Positions 20,101 to 27,571 of a stretch of 64,000 nt of DNA are shown piece by piece. This DNA comes from Salinivirgaceae bacterium (GTDB lineage Bacteria > Bacteroidota > Bacteroidia > Bacteroidales > SZUA-534). Each line of letters opens with the position of its first letter. Within the stretch, counting starts at the first letter, position 1. The notes below the pieces were generated by a model, which had not been told where the DNA came from, did not search any database, and was given only the letters and a program-made list of their open reading frames with translations. The DNA lies in contig JAEEPS010000008.1 in NCBI GenBank assembly GCA_016284875.1, positions 581 through 64,580 on the forward strand, read 5' to 3'. The position numbers and the translations under genes were made by a program.

Positions 20101-20635
20101 CTTCATTCCCGAGGGGGTTATCTACATTGGCCAGATGGCATTCTTCGAGAGCAGGAACTTGTCGGTGGTTGAAATTCCAAGCACCGTTCGCAACATTGGC
20201 GGTATGGCGTTTGCCAACTGCACCAATCTCACAAAGGCCAACGTCCCGCAGTCGGTATCTATTTTGGGAAGAAGCGTTTTCCGCGATTGTCCTTATGTTG
20301 AGATTGATATTGAGTTCGATAGCGCGCCATACTCATGGAGCAACAAGTGGGATTACACCCTTGAAGAGAAGCAAATCCGCTGGGGCAATGTTGCCGCGCC
20401 GCAGCCAACGCCCGTCGCGGTTTCAGAATCCGCCGCCGATTTGCAGGTTTACGCCCACGGCAACGCCATTGTTGTTGAGAACGCCGCCGATGCCATCTAC
20501 GTTTACGACGCCATGGGCCGCCTGATATGTAGGGACGCGATTAATCGCGTCCGCGCAGAATTGCAGGTAAATGTCGCCGGCATTTACATCGTGAAAGTCG
20601 GCACCACCGCCAAACGCGTTATGGTGAATGATTGA
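14135..20635 (+). CDS. Giant cell-surface BspA-type leucine-rich-repeat protein with three internal beta-sandwich (CBM-like) modules and a T9SS C-terminal sorting domain
   Basis: Signal peptide MKKIIALLFATILAAQVWAQ at 14135. Dozens of LRR_5-type units (IPxSVTSIGxxAFxxCxxLTSVTI). The C-terminus VYDAMGRLI...GIYIVKVGTTAKRVMVND is a type A T9SS CTD. Confidence 0.85.
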   Translation: MKKIIALLFATILAAQVWAQTSFEVNNLQYTIIEGTTNVSVGTVSPLLPGDLDISSTVLYNGVTYTVTSIGNEAFRECHYLTSVKIPGTVTTIDDWAFYSCYELTSVTISEGVTSIGELAFAASTNIRQITIPSTVETIGKSAFSGCADLSQITIPSGIKYIGDYAFSGCSDIPQLTVPSSDDLSIGEDAFANVPKIYYAADPSATWGALENTASKFQIGNGVLYRYTGTDDHDNVIIPDGVTSIAEDAFDGCSDITSLFVPKSVTSIVDNVFSDCKNLTSITIESDADFSNAGLCFTYDGIKYQVQNKGEVEIVPVEFEQYDTGCRYASNYYSGDLVIPESITMGKNFAVKGIGHYAFAGNDGITSVTIPNSITTIGDDAFVSCGNLKSVTIGNSVKTIGNSAFNGCRNLETVNLGNSVTSIGNDAFRAASIKNIEIPSSVTTIGGWAFAECDDLETIEIPSSVETIGEYAFWGIQTITYSGTAEGSPWGAGRNTSNDFIIDENGVLIKYTGTDANDNVIIPDGVTSIGDYAFQSCSNLSSVTIPESVTVIGNYVFENCTHLTSVDIPNSVTEIGDWAFYNTGLKSITIPNSVTEIKEGTFRDCSALTSVTIPESVTVIGNYALYGCNNLSELIIPSSVETIGVQAFADVPNVYYADDKGFLYAYFQRTKLVKYTGNEKDVEIPTGVTSIADGAFANNSNVKSVTIPSSVISIGDNAFLGVETVYYADDNGFLYADREQHKQLTGYNGSDANVVIPNGVTTIGDGAFANNSTVKSVKIPNSVKTIGETAFLGIETIDYSGLAKGSPWGAGKNIATVFEIEANDSRLEGWNPVGVTPFYDENVILRNEYFDDPWFRRFDPPTWYAPSKTGDEEFEIIFEAKYDGNGTNGDGTGLLTFIQGRGFGYFVGDLKELCKQLGVEEVDAVWKLSNIVEQMIVDEYTGQPEDYEPNTLNNSRNLKFYPTSDWHTFSMKGYLGRHAMDSVDLQFELGEVAGDYSIRNFVFIVDGEVFKDYFCSDEFLSDINKQLAKGLKYDFSAGDKTAKVIGYNGTETSVDIPATVEVDGVTYSVTSIGEYAFQNCSAMTSISIPESVTTIENYAFQGCSGLQKAEFASIESLCAISYKDNPYYYYGSPLLMANHLYIKGIEDEITEFTIPESVTTINDYVFYGSQITTLIVPEGIEVGENAFYGIEGYVYPPGITSYPTHGYTIDQSRLEGWTYQNWREPYVSYDDCIIISKPGTISTWDCQFNPPAWINPGNKDDEFEISFDARFIGYGKGDITFIQGRQFVYYNDEEVPDLCVELGIDEALTSSWQLQMYVEQLIVEEFTGQTDEFEPSKPFRNVHLRPTSEWQTFTIRGLLGRNGQDSVDLSFEFGSISGEYDIRNFTFKVNDKVFASYFSNSEPEPLEQLQANDSRLEGWNPVNATPFYNENVILRNEYFGDTWSSRFDPPTWYAPSKTGDEEFEIIFEAKYDGNGTDGDETGHFTFVQGRGLGSYYDDEAIAMCDKLGIEYVESGWQLQYAVEQMIVDEFTGAGEDFVGGNLTRNVHFYPTSNWQTFSMKGHLGRHAKDSVDLQFEFGDIAGDYSIRNFVLIVDGEVFKDYFCSDEFLSDINKQLVKGLKYDFSAGDKTAKVIGYNGTETSVDIPATVEVDGENYRVTVIDNGAFKDNTSLAKVTIAKGIETIGAWAFSGCTGLSKVIVPSSVISIGKDAFAGVPAVNYADDKGSLYADFEHTQLVKYTGSEANITIPSTVVSIGENAFEDNTDLKSVQIPASVKEIGEGAFSGCTGIDNVNLPKTVESIGKNAFKGVKNLTYSGTADVSQCGAKNVIATTVEGDFVFADASKTKLIQYNGTGGNVEIPSTVESIGVQAFNGNESLTTLVIPNSVKTIEEGAFANCHNLTDVSGGDNLKTIAELAFRGCHHLKNITLPNSVETIGDDAFLYVKNVEYYGIADGEPWGALTVNGYPSGDYIYADREQTRLTAYVGNSKRAFIPEGVIYIGQMAFFESRNLSVVEIPSTVRNIGGMAFANCTNLTKANVPQSVSILGRSVFRDCPYVEIDIEFDSAPYSWSNKWDYTLEEKQIRWGNVAAPQPTPVAVSESAADLQVYAHGNAIVVENAADAIYVYDAMGRLICRDAINRVRAELQVNVAGIYIVKVGTTAKRVMVND
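16598..17327 (+). repeat. Intragenic module copy A1 (ANDSRLEGW...ATVEVDG)
   Basis: Matches 18365-19091 at an offset of 1767/1764 nt (in frame). Long near-identical stretches, for example 17117-17327 versus 18881-19091. Confidence 0.9.
17755..18364 (+). repeat. Intragenic module copy A2 (divergent: IDQSRLEGW...)
   Basis: Protein-level similarity to A1/A3 (DDEFEISFDARF..., TFIQGRQF..., VEQLIVEEFTGQ..., DSVDLSFEFGSISGEYDIRNFTF). Confidence 0.75.
18365..19091 (+). repeat. Intragenic module copy A3
   Basis: See A1. The same ANDSRLEGWNPV...DSVDLQFEFG...DGEVFKDYFCSDEFLSDINKQL...TAKVIGYNGTETSVDIPATVEVDG. Confidence 0.9.
20529..20552. repeat. GTAG + perfect 20-bp palindrome GGACGCGATTAATCGCGTCC inside CTD coding sequence
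   Basis: 20533-20552 equals its own reverse complement. It encodes CRDAINRVR within the T9SS CTD. Confidence 0.85.
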
Positions 20636-20640
20636 TATTG

Positions 20641-20669
20641 GTAGAGACGTCACAGCGTGGCGTCTCCAC
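20641..20669. repeat. Hairpin element GTAGAGACGTCACAGCGTGGCGTCTCCAC
   Basis: Lies 6 nt after the giant gene's stop codon. It is 26/29 identical to 61127-61155. Confidence 0.85.
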
Positions 20670-20718
20670 AAAATTCGGTTTTGAATCTGATAAAATCGGT
20701 TAGAGATAAAACAAGAAG

Positions 20719-20743
20719 GGGCGATGCAAATCGCCCTTTTTTT
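20719..20743 (+). terminator. Rho-independent terminator
   Basis: GGGCGAT-gcaa-ATCGCCC followed by T7. Confidence 0.8.
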
Positions 20744-20885
20744 GTTTTTGGTTGTATGCCCTAACGGGCAGAAATTATAAGAAAATCTAAAACAAAATCA
20801 TTCAAAATCAGTTGTTTATGAATTTTGTTAAATTTTTAAAACAAATTTTCTAAAAATTACTCGCGTAAGCGACACCGTTAAAAAT

Positions 20886-21746
20886 CTACTTCATCTTGTC
20901 GAATCCCTCGCCATAGACACTCATCACCGCCTCCTGCGAGATGAACGCCTGCGGGTCGATTTGCTTGACAATATTGCGCACGGCCTGAACCTGCGTTTTT
21001 TTCACAATCGACAGCAGAACCTTCATCTCCTCCTTCGAGTACCAGCCTTGGCCTTCGAGAATGGTCACGCCGCGGTCGAGTTGCGAGGTGATGGCGTCGG
21101 CAATTTCGGCATAGTGCTTCGAGAAAATCATCATCTGCACCGATTGCTTCTGGCCAACAAGCACCAAATCAATGCAATAGGTGAGTGTGAACATCGCCAC
21201 AAAGCCGTAAACCATCTTCTCAACGCTGCCGAAAATGAAGTACGACGAGGCAACCACCATCGCATCGCAAATCATTATGGCGCGGCCAGGCATGATGTCG
21301 CGGTACTTGTTGATTATCATTGCAATGATGTCGGTGCCGCCCGTGCTTCCGCCTTGCATGAACACAATGCCGATGCCCAAACCGCCAATGGCACCGCCAA
21401 TCACGGTGGCCATAAACGCCTCGTTGACAATCGGTTCGGTTATCACGCTACGCAGTATGCGGACAAAAAGCGTAATCATTATAATGCTATAGATGGTTTT
21501 CACGCCAAACGATGCCCCTAAAATCTTGAGTCCCAATGCCAAAAGGATAATATTGATGCCGATGTAGGAATACTCAACGGGAAAGTTAGTGGCGTAGAAA
21601 ATGGCCGAAGCCATACCTGCCACGCCGCCACTAACCACCTGCGCTGGCAGAATGAACGATGCCCAACCAAGCGAATAGATGAACAGCCCAACCGTCATTA
21701 TGGCGTATGAACGGATGGTTTCTGGTATTGATGCTTGCAATTTCAT
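20886..21746 (-). CDS. YitT family membrane protein (DUF2179 C-terminal domain)
   Basis: Multi-TM N-terminal part (VSGGVAGMA..., GGSTGGTDI) and a C-terminal DRGVTILEGQGWYS...SVYGEGF. Confidence 0.8.
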   Translation of the reverse strand: MKLQASIPETIRSYAIMTVGLFIYSLGWASFILPAQVVSGGVAGMASAIFYATNFPVEYSYIGINIILLALGLKILGASFGVKTIYSIIMITLFVRILRSVITEPIVNEAFMATVIGGAIGGLGIGIVFMQGGSTGGTDIIAMIINKYRDIMPGRAIMICDAMVVASSYFIFGSVEKMVYGFVAMFTLTYCIDLVLVGQKQSVQMMIFSKHYAEIADAITSQLDRGVTILEGQGWYSKEEMKVLLSIVKKTQVQAVRNIVKQIDPQAFISQEAVMSVYGEGFDKMK

Positions 21747-21901
21747 AACAAAACAATTTTCAATAACACACACAAATCTACAGCAGAATTGGCAAAATGG
21801 TTTCGAAAATCGAATGCAAAAAATTTTTTATCCCAAACTGCAACCTTTTCATATTTTCGCATCAATAGTGCGTAACTAAAAACAAAAAACATAATTCGAA
21901 A

Positions 21902-24244
21902 ATGAAAAGATTAGCCTTTTTGGCAACATTGATTGTTGCTTTGACAACTTTTGCGCAAGCGCAGACAACACAGACAATCCGTGGACAGGTGACCGACGTG
22001 GCGTCGGGTGAGCCAATGACGGGTGCAACCGTTATGGTTGACAATCAGACAACTATGGCAACAACAACTGATGCCGACGGACATTTCGCCATACAGAAAG
22101 TGCCCGTGGGGCGGCACACCATCAGGGTGAGTTTTATCGGCTACGAGCCGCTTGAACTTAAAGAGCAGTTGCTGTCGTCGGGCAAGGAGATGGTGCTGAA
22201 TTTGGGAATGACCGAAAGTGTCGCAACATTGAGCGAAGTGGTGGTTAAACCGCAGGTTAACAAAGAGATGCCGCTCAACGAGATGGCAATGGTGGGCGCC
22301 CGAATGTTCAGTGTTGAAGAGGCGTCGCGTTACGCTGGCGGCATTGCCGACCCTGCACGCACGGCGTCGATGTTTCCTGGTGTGGCGTCGAGCGGTGTTT
22401 ACAACGGCATCAGCATTCACGGAAACTCGCCGCAAATGCTGCAGTGGCGTGTTGAGGGCATCGAGGTGAACAACCCCAACCACTTTGCCGACATCACAAT
22501 GGCGGGCGGCGGCATTTTCACGTCGCTCAATGGTACGGTGCTGGCCAACAGCGACTTTATGACGGGCGCAATGCCTGCCGAATATGGCAACGCTCTGTCG
22601 GGCGCGTTCGATATGAAAATGCGCACGGGCAACAATACCAAATATGAGCACGCTTTCCAACTGGGCACGCTCGGTGTCGATTTCGCTTCGGAAGGCCCGC
22701 TGGGCAAGGAATCGGGGGCATCGTACCTTGTCAATTACCGCTACAGTTTTATGGAAATCGCAAAGAAAATGCACGCTATAAATATCAGTCAAACAATGGA
22801 TTATCAGGATTTAAGCCTAAAACTGAACTTCCCGACCAAACGGGCTGGCACCTTTGCCGTGTGGTTCACTGGTCTGATTGACAATTTTGGCAACGAACTG
22901 GCCGACTCGACTGAGTGGGAATCGCTTTGGGACGCTTGCGAATCGTGGGCAAACCAACGCAGTTGCGCTGGCGGTCTGACGCACACCTACCGCTTCGACG
23001 GGGGCGGCACGCTTACTTCGTCGGTGGCCTACACGGGCTCTTATTATAAATTGTACTCGAAACTCTTCGACGACAATTTGAAGGAAATGCCGTACTTGGA
23101 AGGAAAGAACAGTCAGAACAACCTGATTGTCAGCGTTCAGCATAAGCGGAAAATATCGTCGCGATACACAATGCAGAACGGCGTTGAGTACCGACAGATG
23201 AGTTTCAAGGCGTGCGACGACTACGTTCACCGAATTGGTGACCCCGAAATGTACCACGTTTACGACGCCGAGGGCAACACCTGTCTGGCGCGAGCCTACA
23301 CCAATCACAAAGTGGCTCTGAGTCAGAAGTTTTCGACGGTGGCGGGTATAAATGTTATGTACTTCGGCGTGAACAATCAGACGCTTGTTGAGCCGCGCGT
23401 CAGTCTGCAATATCAGGCCACGCCGTCAACCACACTGTCGGCGGCCTACGCAATGAACAGCCGCAAGGAATCGATTGGCGCATATTTTGTTCTGGCCGAC
23501 GATGGGGCTACGGAAGCCAACAAAGACCTTGGCCTGACGCGCTCGCACCACGTTTCGCTCACTTTCGCGCAGCGCCTTGGCGACAACGCCATTCTGAAGA
23601 TTGAGCCTTACTATCAATGGCTTTTCGACGTGCCTGTTGAGGAAGGAACAACCTATTCGGCCATCAACGAGCGCAATTTTCTGCAAGTCCGCAAACTGAC
23701 CAACGACGGTCTGGCCCGCAACTACGGCATCGACCTGACGCTTGAGCGATATCTGAAAAACGGCTTCTACGGAATGTTCACTGGCACAGTCTTCAACTCG
23801 GAATACCGCGACGCGCAGCACGAGTGGCACCACACGCTCTACGACCTTGGCTACATTACCAACATTCTGGGCGGAAAGGAATGGATGGTCGGCCTGAACA
23901 AGAAGAATGTCTTTGGAATCAATGGCCGTCTGACGGTTATGGGCGGTGGCCGATACACACCTGAAATTGACGGACTTACGCTCGAAGACGTTAAGAACGA
24001 CCCGCTTTGGGAAATGCCGCTTCAGGAAGACAAGCCTTTCGAGAAGAAAATGGACACCAACGTCGGATTCGCCTTCTCAATGAAATACACCATCAACAAA
24101 GAGCACGTGGCGCACCATTTTATTGTTGAGTATCTGAATGTTAAGTCGTTCGAAGGCCGCGGATTCAACACCCGCAAAAACAAGATTGTGGATTACTACA
24201 CATCGCTCACTTTCCCGAATATTGCTTATCGGATTGAGTTCTAA
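21902..24244 (+). CDS. TonB-dependent receptor with N-terminal carboxypeptidase-regulatory-like domain
   Basis: Signal peptide, then IRGQVTDVASGEPMTGATVMV...DGHFAIQKVPVGRHTIRVSFIGYE (CarboxypepD_reg), a plug region and a C-terminal beta-barrel ending ...YRIEF. Confidence 0.85.
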   Translation: MKRLAFLATLIVALTTFAQAQTTQTIRGQVTDVASGEPMTGATVMVDNQTTMATTTDADGHFAIQKVPVGRHTIRVSFIGYEPLELKEQLLSSGKEMVLNLGMTESVATLSEVVVKPQVNKEMPLNEMAMVGARMFSVEEASRYAGGIADPARTASMFPGVASSGVYNGISIHGNSPQMLQWRVEGIEVNNPNHFADITMAGGGIFTSLNGTVLANSDFMTGAMPAEYGNALSGAFDMKMRTGNNTKYEHAFQLGTLGVDFASEGPLGKESGASYLVNYRYSFMEIAKKMHAINISQTMDYQDLSLKLNFPTKRAGTFAVWFTGLIDNFGNELADSTEWESLWDACESWANQRSCAGGLTHTYRFDGGGTLTSSVAYTGSYYKLYSKLFDDNLKEMPYLEGKNSQNNLIVSVQHKRKISSRYTMQNGVEYRQMSFKACDDYVHRIGDPEMYHVYDAEGNTCLARAYTNHKVALSQKFSTVAGINVMYFGVNNQTLVEPRVSLQYQATPSTTLSAAYAMNSRKESIGAYFVLADDGATEANKDLGLTRSHHVSLTFAQRLGDNAILKIEPYYQWLFDVPVEEGTTYSAINERNFLQVRKLTNDGLARNYGIDLTLERYLKNGFYGMFTGTVFNSEYRDAQHEWHHTLYDLGYITNILGGKEWMVGLNKKNVFGINGRLTVMGGGRYTPEIDGLTLEDVKNDPLWEMPLQEDKPFEKKMDTNVGFAFSMKYTINKEHVAHHFIVEYLNVKSFEGRGFNTRKNKIVDYYTSLTFPNIAYRIEF

Positions 24245-24268
24245 GGGCGATGGGGTAGAGGCGTACAA

Positions 24269-24300
24269 TAAAAAAAGGGGAGATTGTTCTCCCCTTTCTT
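24269..24300. terminator. Bidirectional terminator between convergent genes
   Basis: A-run, GGGGAGA-ttgt-TCTCCCC, then a T-rich tail. Confidence 0.75.
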
Positions 24301-24314
24301 ATTTTATTATGGTA

Positions 24315-24929
24315 TCATTCTTTTCCTTCACGCCGCTGAATCTCATCGCGGATGTGTGAAGCCTCTTCGTAGTCCTCGTTCGAGATTGACTTGCTGAGCA
24401 GTTTTTTTAGTTCCTTCACGCTCAACTTCTCGTACTTGTCGGTGCCGGTGGCTGATGGTTGCGGTTCAGCCTCGGCTTCGGCTTTTTGTGCTTCGGGCTG
24501 TTTGGCGGTCTCGTCAACGGCATTGAAGACGATGCCAGCCTTGTCGATAATCTGCTCGGTGGTGTAGATTGGGCAGTTGCAGCGGATGGCCAGCGCCACG
24601 GCGTCCGATGTGCGGGCGTCGATTTTCATATACGAGCCGTTGGTCATACACACCAGTTCCGAGTAGAAAATGCCCTCCTCAAGGTGGTAGATGTTCACCT
24701 CGGTGATGGTGATGCCGAACGTTTTTGCAAAGTTGATGAACAGGTCGTGAGTGAGCGGGCGCGGCGGATGCAGCCGTTCTAAACCAATGGCGATGGCCTG
24801 GGCTTCGAACCCGCCAATGACGATTGGAATGCGGCGGTTGCCGTTCTCCTCGGCCAGAATAAGCGCATAAGCCCCCGACTGGGTTTGGCTGCACGACAGC
24901 CCCAAAACTTTGAGTCTAACCTTCGACAT
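24315..24929 (-). CDS. Bifunctional nuclease family protein (DUF151) with C-terminal UVR motif
   Basis: MSKVRLKVLGLSCSQTQSGAYALILAEENGNRRIPIVIGGFEAQAIAI...RPLTHDL. The C-terminus is ...LSKSISNEDYEEASHIRDEIQRRE. Confidence 0.8.
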   Translation of the reverse strand: MSKVRLKVLGLSCSQTQSGAYALILAEENGNRRIPIVIGGFEAQAIAIGLERLHPPRPLTHDLFINFAKTFGITITEVNIYHLEEGIFYSELVCMTNGSYMKIDARTSDAVALAIRCNCPIYTTEQIIDKAGIVFNAVDETAKQPEAQKAEAEAEPQPSATGTDKYEKLSVKELKKLLSKSISNEDYEEASHIRDEIQRREGKE

Positions 24930-25132
24930 TTTCTCTGCTATCTGTTGAGCAAATATAAAAATATATAACACCAAGAGCCCGCCCAACGGCAATAAATCTG
25001 AAAAAGAAATTTATCAACCGCGCAAATGGCTGTATATCAGAAGAATTAACTTTCAAAAAATAGCGCCAAAAAAAATGTGTTGAGAAAATCAGATTAATCG
25101 ATTCAAATGTTTGCAAGTTGAAAAATACTTTC

Positions 25133-25140
25133 TACTTTTG
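25133..25140 (+). promoter_or_regulatory. Bacteroidetes -7 box TActTTTG (with TTTG about 21 nt upstream)
   Basis: Consensus TAnnTTTG, 37 nt upstream of the rplU ATG. A TTTG is at 25109-25112. Confidence 0.5.
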
Positions 25141-25176
25141 CCGTCCAAAAGTTATGAAAATATAACACACAAAAGT

Positions 25177-25488
25177 ATGTACGCAATAGTTGAAATTAAC
25201 GGACAACAATTCAAAGTAGAGAAGGACTCGAAGATTTTTGTTCACCGTTTGGAAGCAGAAGATGGCGCAGTTGTTGACTTCGACAAAGTTTTACTGGTCG
25301 ACAACGAAGGCAGCATCAAAGTAGGAACGCCGGTTGTTGAAGGCGCAAAAGTATCAGCCAAGGTGCTGACACAGGTTAAGGGTGATAAAGTGATGGTATT
25401 CAAGAAGAAACGCCGCAAAGGTTATCAGAAGATGAATGGCCACCGCCAACAGTTCACTCAAATTCAAATTGAAAACATTAAAGCATAA
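25177..25488 (+). CDS. rplU: 50S ribosomal protein L21
   Basis: [25 protein letters not shown]...[28 protein letters not shown]. Confidence 0.92.
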   Translation: MYAIVEINGQQFKVEKDSKIFVHRLEAEDGAVVDFDKVLLVDNEGSIKVGTPVVEGAKVSAKVLTQVKGDKVMVFKKKRRKGYQKMNGHRQQFTQIQIENIKA

Positions 25489-25494
25489 TAAACT

Positions 25495-25755
25495 ATGGCA
25501 CACAAGAAAGGCGTCGGCAGTTCAAAGAACGGTCGTGAATCAGCAAGTAAGAGATTGGGCGTTAAGATTTTCGGTGGCCAGGCCGCTGTTGCCGGCAACA
25601 TCATCGTTCGCCAAAGGGGCACACAGCACCATCCGGGCAACAACGTAGGTTTGGGCAAAGACCACACCCTGTTCGCTCTTGTAGATGGCACAGTTTCTTT
25701 TGTTAAGAAACGTGACAACAAATCGTACGTATCGGTTATTCCTGCCGAAGCATAG
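25495..25755 (+). CDS. rpmA: 50S ribosomal protein L27
   Basis: [29 protein letters not shown]...[17 protein letters not shown]. Confidence 0.95.
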   Translation: MAHKKGVGSSKNGRESASKRLGVKIFGGQAAVAGNIIVRQRGTQHHPGNNVGLGKDHTLFALVDGTVSFVKKRDNKSYVSVIPAEA

Positions 25756-25847
25756 ATTTTTAATCAAGTAAGATAAGAAAGGGGCTGACCGTCGTTCGAT
25801 GGCATCCTCTTTTTTGTTTTATACCACGCAAACAAATACAAATCAAT

Positions 25848-27128
25848 ATGTTAACTCTCAAGTTAATTCAAGAGAACCGCGATGCAGTCATTGCGGGACT
25901 GAAAATCAAAAACTTCGACGCAGAAACCTATATTGACCAGATTCTGGCAAAGGACGACGAGCGCCGCACCACACAGAAAGAGCAGGACGACACTCTTGCT
26001 CAAATCAACGCCATATCGAAACAGATTGGCCAACTCTTCAAGGAAGGCAAGGCTGCCGAAGCCAACGAACTGAAGCAGAAGAGCACCGAACTTGGCGAGA
26101 AACAGAAGGCTCTGGCCGCAAAACTCGACGCCATCACCGCTGAGTTGAACGACATTCTGGTGCGCCTGCCCAACCTGCCCTACAAACTGGTGAAACCTGG
26201 CAAAGGCGCTGAAGACAACGAGATTGTGAAACTTGTCGACGACAAGATTCCTCATCTGCCCGAAGATGCCAAACCGCACTGGGAACTGGCAAAAGACTAT
26301 GATTTGATTGATTTCGAACTCGGCGTGAAAATCACCGGCGCCGGATTCCCCGTTTATAAAGGCAAAGGCGCCAAACTGCAGCGCGCGCTCATCAGTTTCT
26401 TCCTCGAAGAGAACGAGAAAGCCGGCTATCTTGAGATTGAGCCGCCTTTGATGGTGAACGAGGCATCGGGCTACGGCACCGGCCAACTGCCCGACAAGGA
26501 AGGCCAGATGTATCACGTCAACCTCGACAATTTGTACCTGATTCCGACGGCCGAAGTGCCTGTGACAAACCTCTACCGCGATGTGATTGTATCGTCGAAA
26601 GACCTGCCAATTAAGAACACCGCCTACAGCGCCTGCTTCCGCCGCGAAGCCGGCTCATACGGCAAAGACGTGCGCGGTCTGAACCGTCTGCACCAGTTCG
26701 ACAAGGTTGAGATTGTATGCATTGAGCACCCGTCGCGCTCATACGAGACTCTGGACAAGATGGTGGCTCACGTTGAGTCGCTTGTGCAGAAGTTGGGCCT
26801 GCCCTATCGTATTCTGCGCCTCTGCGGTGGCGATATGAGTTTCACATCGGCAATGACCTACGACTTTGAAGTGTTCTCGGCCGCACAGAAACGCTGGCTC
26901 GAAGTTAGTTCGGTATCGAACTTTGAGACCTTCCAGGCCAACCGTCTGAAACTGCGCTTCCGCGACGAAGAGACAAAGAAAACGCAGTTGTGCCACACAC
27001 TGAACGGCAGTTCGCTGGCTTTGCCGCGCATTGTGGCCGCCCTGCTCGAGAACAACCAGACACCCGAAGGCATCAAACTGCCCGAGTGCATCCAGAAGTT
27101 TATGGGCTGCAGCATGCTGACGAAATAA
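25848..27128 (+). CDS. serS: Serine--tRNA ligase
   Basis: N-terminal coiled-coil arm and class II core (TAEVPVTNLYRD, CFRREAGSYGKDVRGLNRLHQFDKVE, HTLNGSSLALPR). Confidence 0.95.
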   Translation: MLTLKLIQENRDAVIAGLKIKNFDAETYIDQILAKDDERRTTQKEQDDTLAQINAISKQIGQLFKEGKAAEANELKQKSTELGEKQKALAAKLDAITAELNDILVRLPNLPYKLVKPGKGAEDNEIVKLVDDKIPHLPEDAKPHWELAKDYDLIDFELGVKITGAGFPVYKGKGAKLQRALISFFLEENEKAGYLEIEPPLMVNEASGYGTGQLPDKEGQMYHVNLDNLYLIPTAEVPVTNLYRDVIVSSKDLPIKNTAYSACFRREAGSYGKDVRGLNRLHQFDKVEIVCIEHPSRSYETLDKMVAHVESLVQKLGLPYRILRLCGGDMSFTSAMTYDFEVFSAAQKRWLEVSSVSNFETFQANRLKLRFRDEETKKTQLCHTLNGSSLALPRIVAALLENNQTPEGIKLPECIQKFMGCSMLTK

Positions 27129-27151
27129 TTATTCTATAAGAGATAAAACAA

Positions 27152-27180
27152 AGCCCGGCCAACTTGGTCGGGCTTTTTTG
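27152..27180 (+). terminator. serS rho-independent terminator
   Basis: AGCCCGGCC-aactt-GGTCGGGCT followed by T6. Confidence 0.8.
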
Positions 27181-27185
27181 TTTGG

Positions 27186-27225
27186 ATTATAGATTAAGCA
27201 GATTTGAATCTGCTTAATCTATAAT
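27186..27225. repeat. 40-bp perfect palindrome at the left edge of the AT-rich island
   Basis: ATTATAGATTAAGCAGATT-tg-AATCTGCTTAATCTATAAT. A related AAGCAGATTTAATTCTGCTT hairpin lies at about 27352-27371. Confidence 0.85.
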
Positions 27226-27571
27226 TGGCACCTAAGCCACTCAATATTAATAGTTTGCGCGTATATTCTAAAATTCACAAGCCTCGTTTCTGCTATATTT
27301 TAGGTCAAAAATAGGCTCAAAAAGGCTTAATTTTTGCAAAAAACAAATATTAAGCAGATTTAATTCTGCTTGTTAATGATTGTGATATAGTTTATGGCTA
27401 CAATCGCCTTTTGATTTGCTTTAAATACCAATCTATCAATTATGCGAATCTATATTGACTAGTTTGTTGATTGTAAGCCAATCTATAGTATGTAATTGAG
27501 TTGGTGACAAATTCAGTTAAAGTACTATTGCAAAAAAAACAGGCATTAAGTATGTTTACAAACTGATTTTG

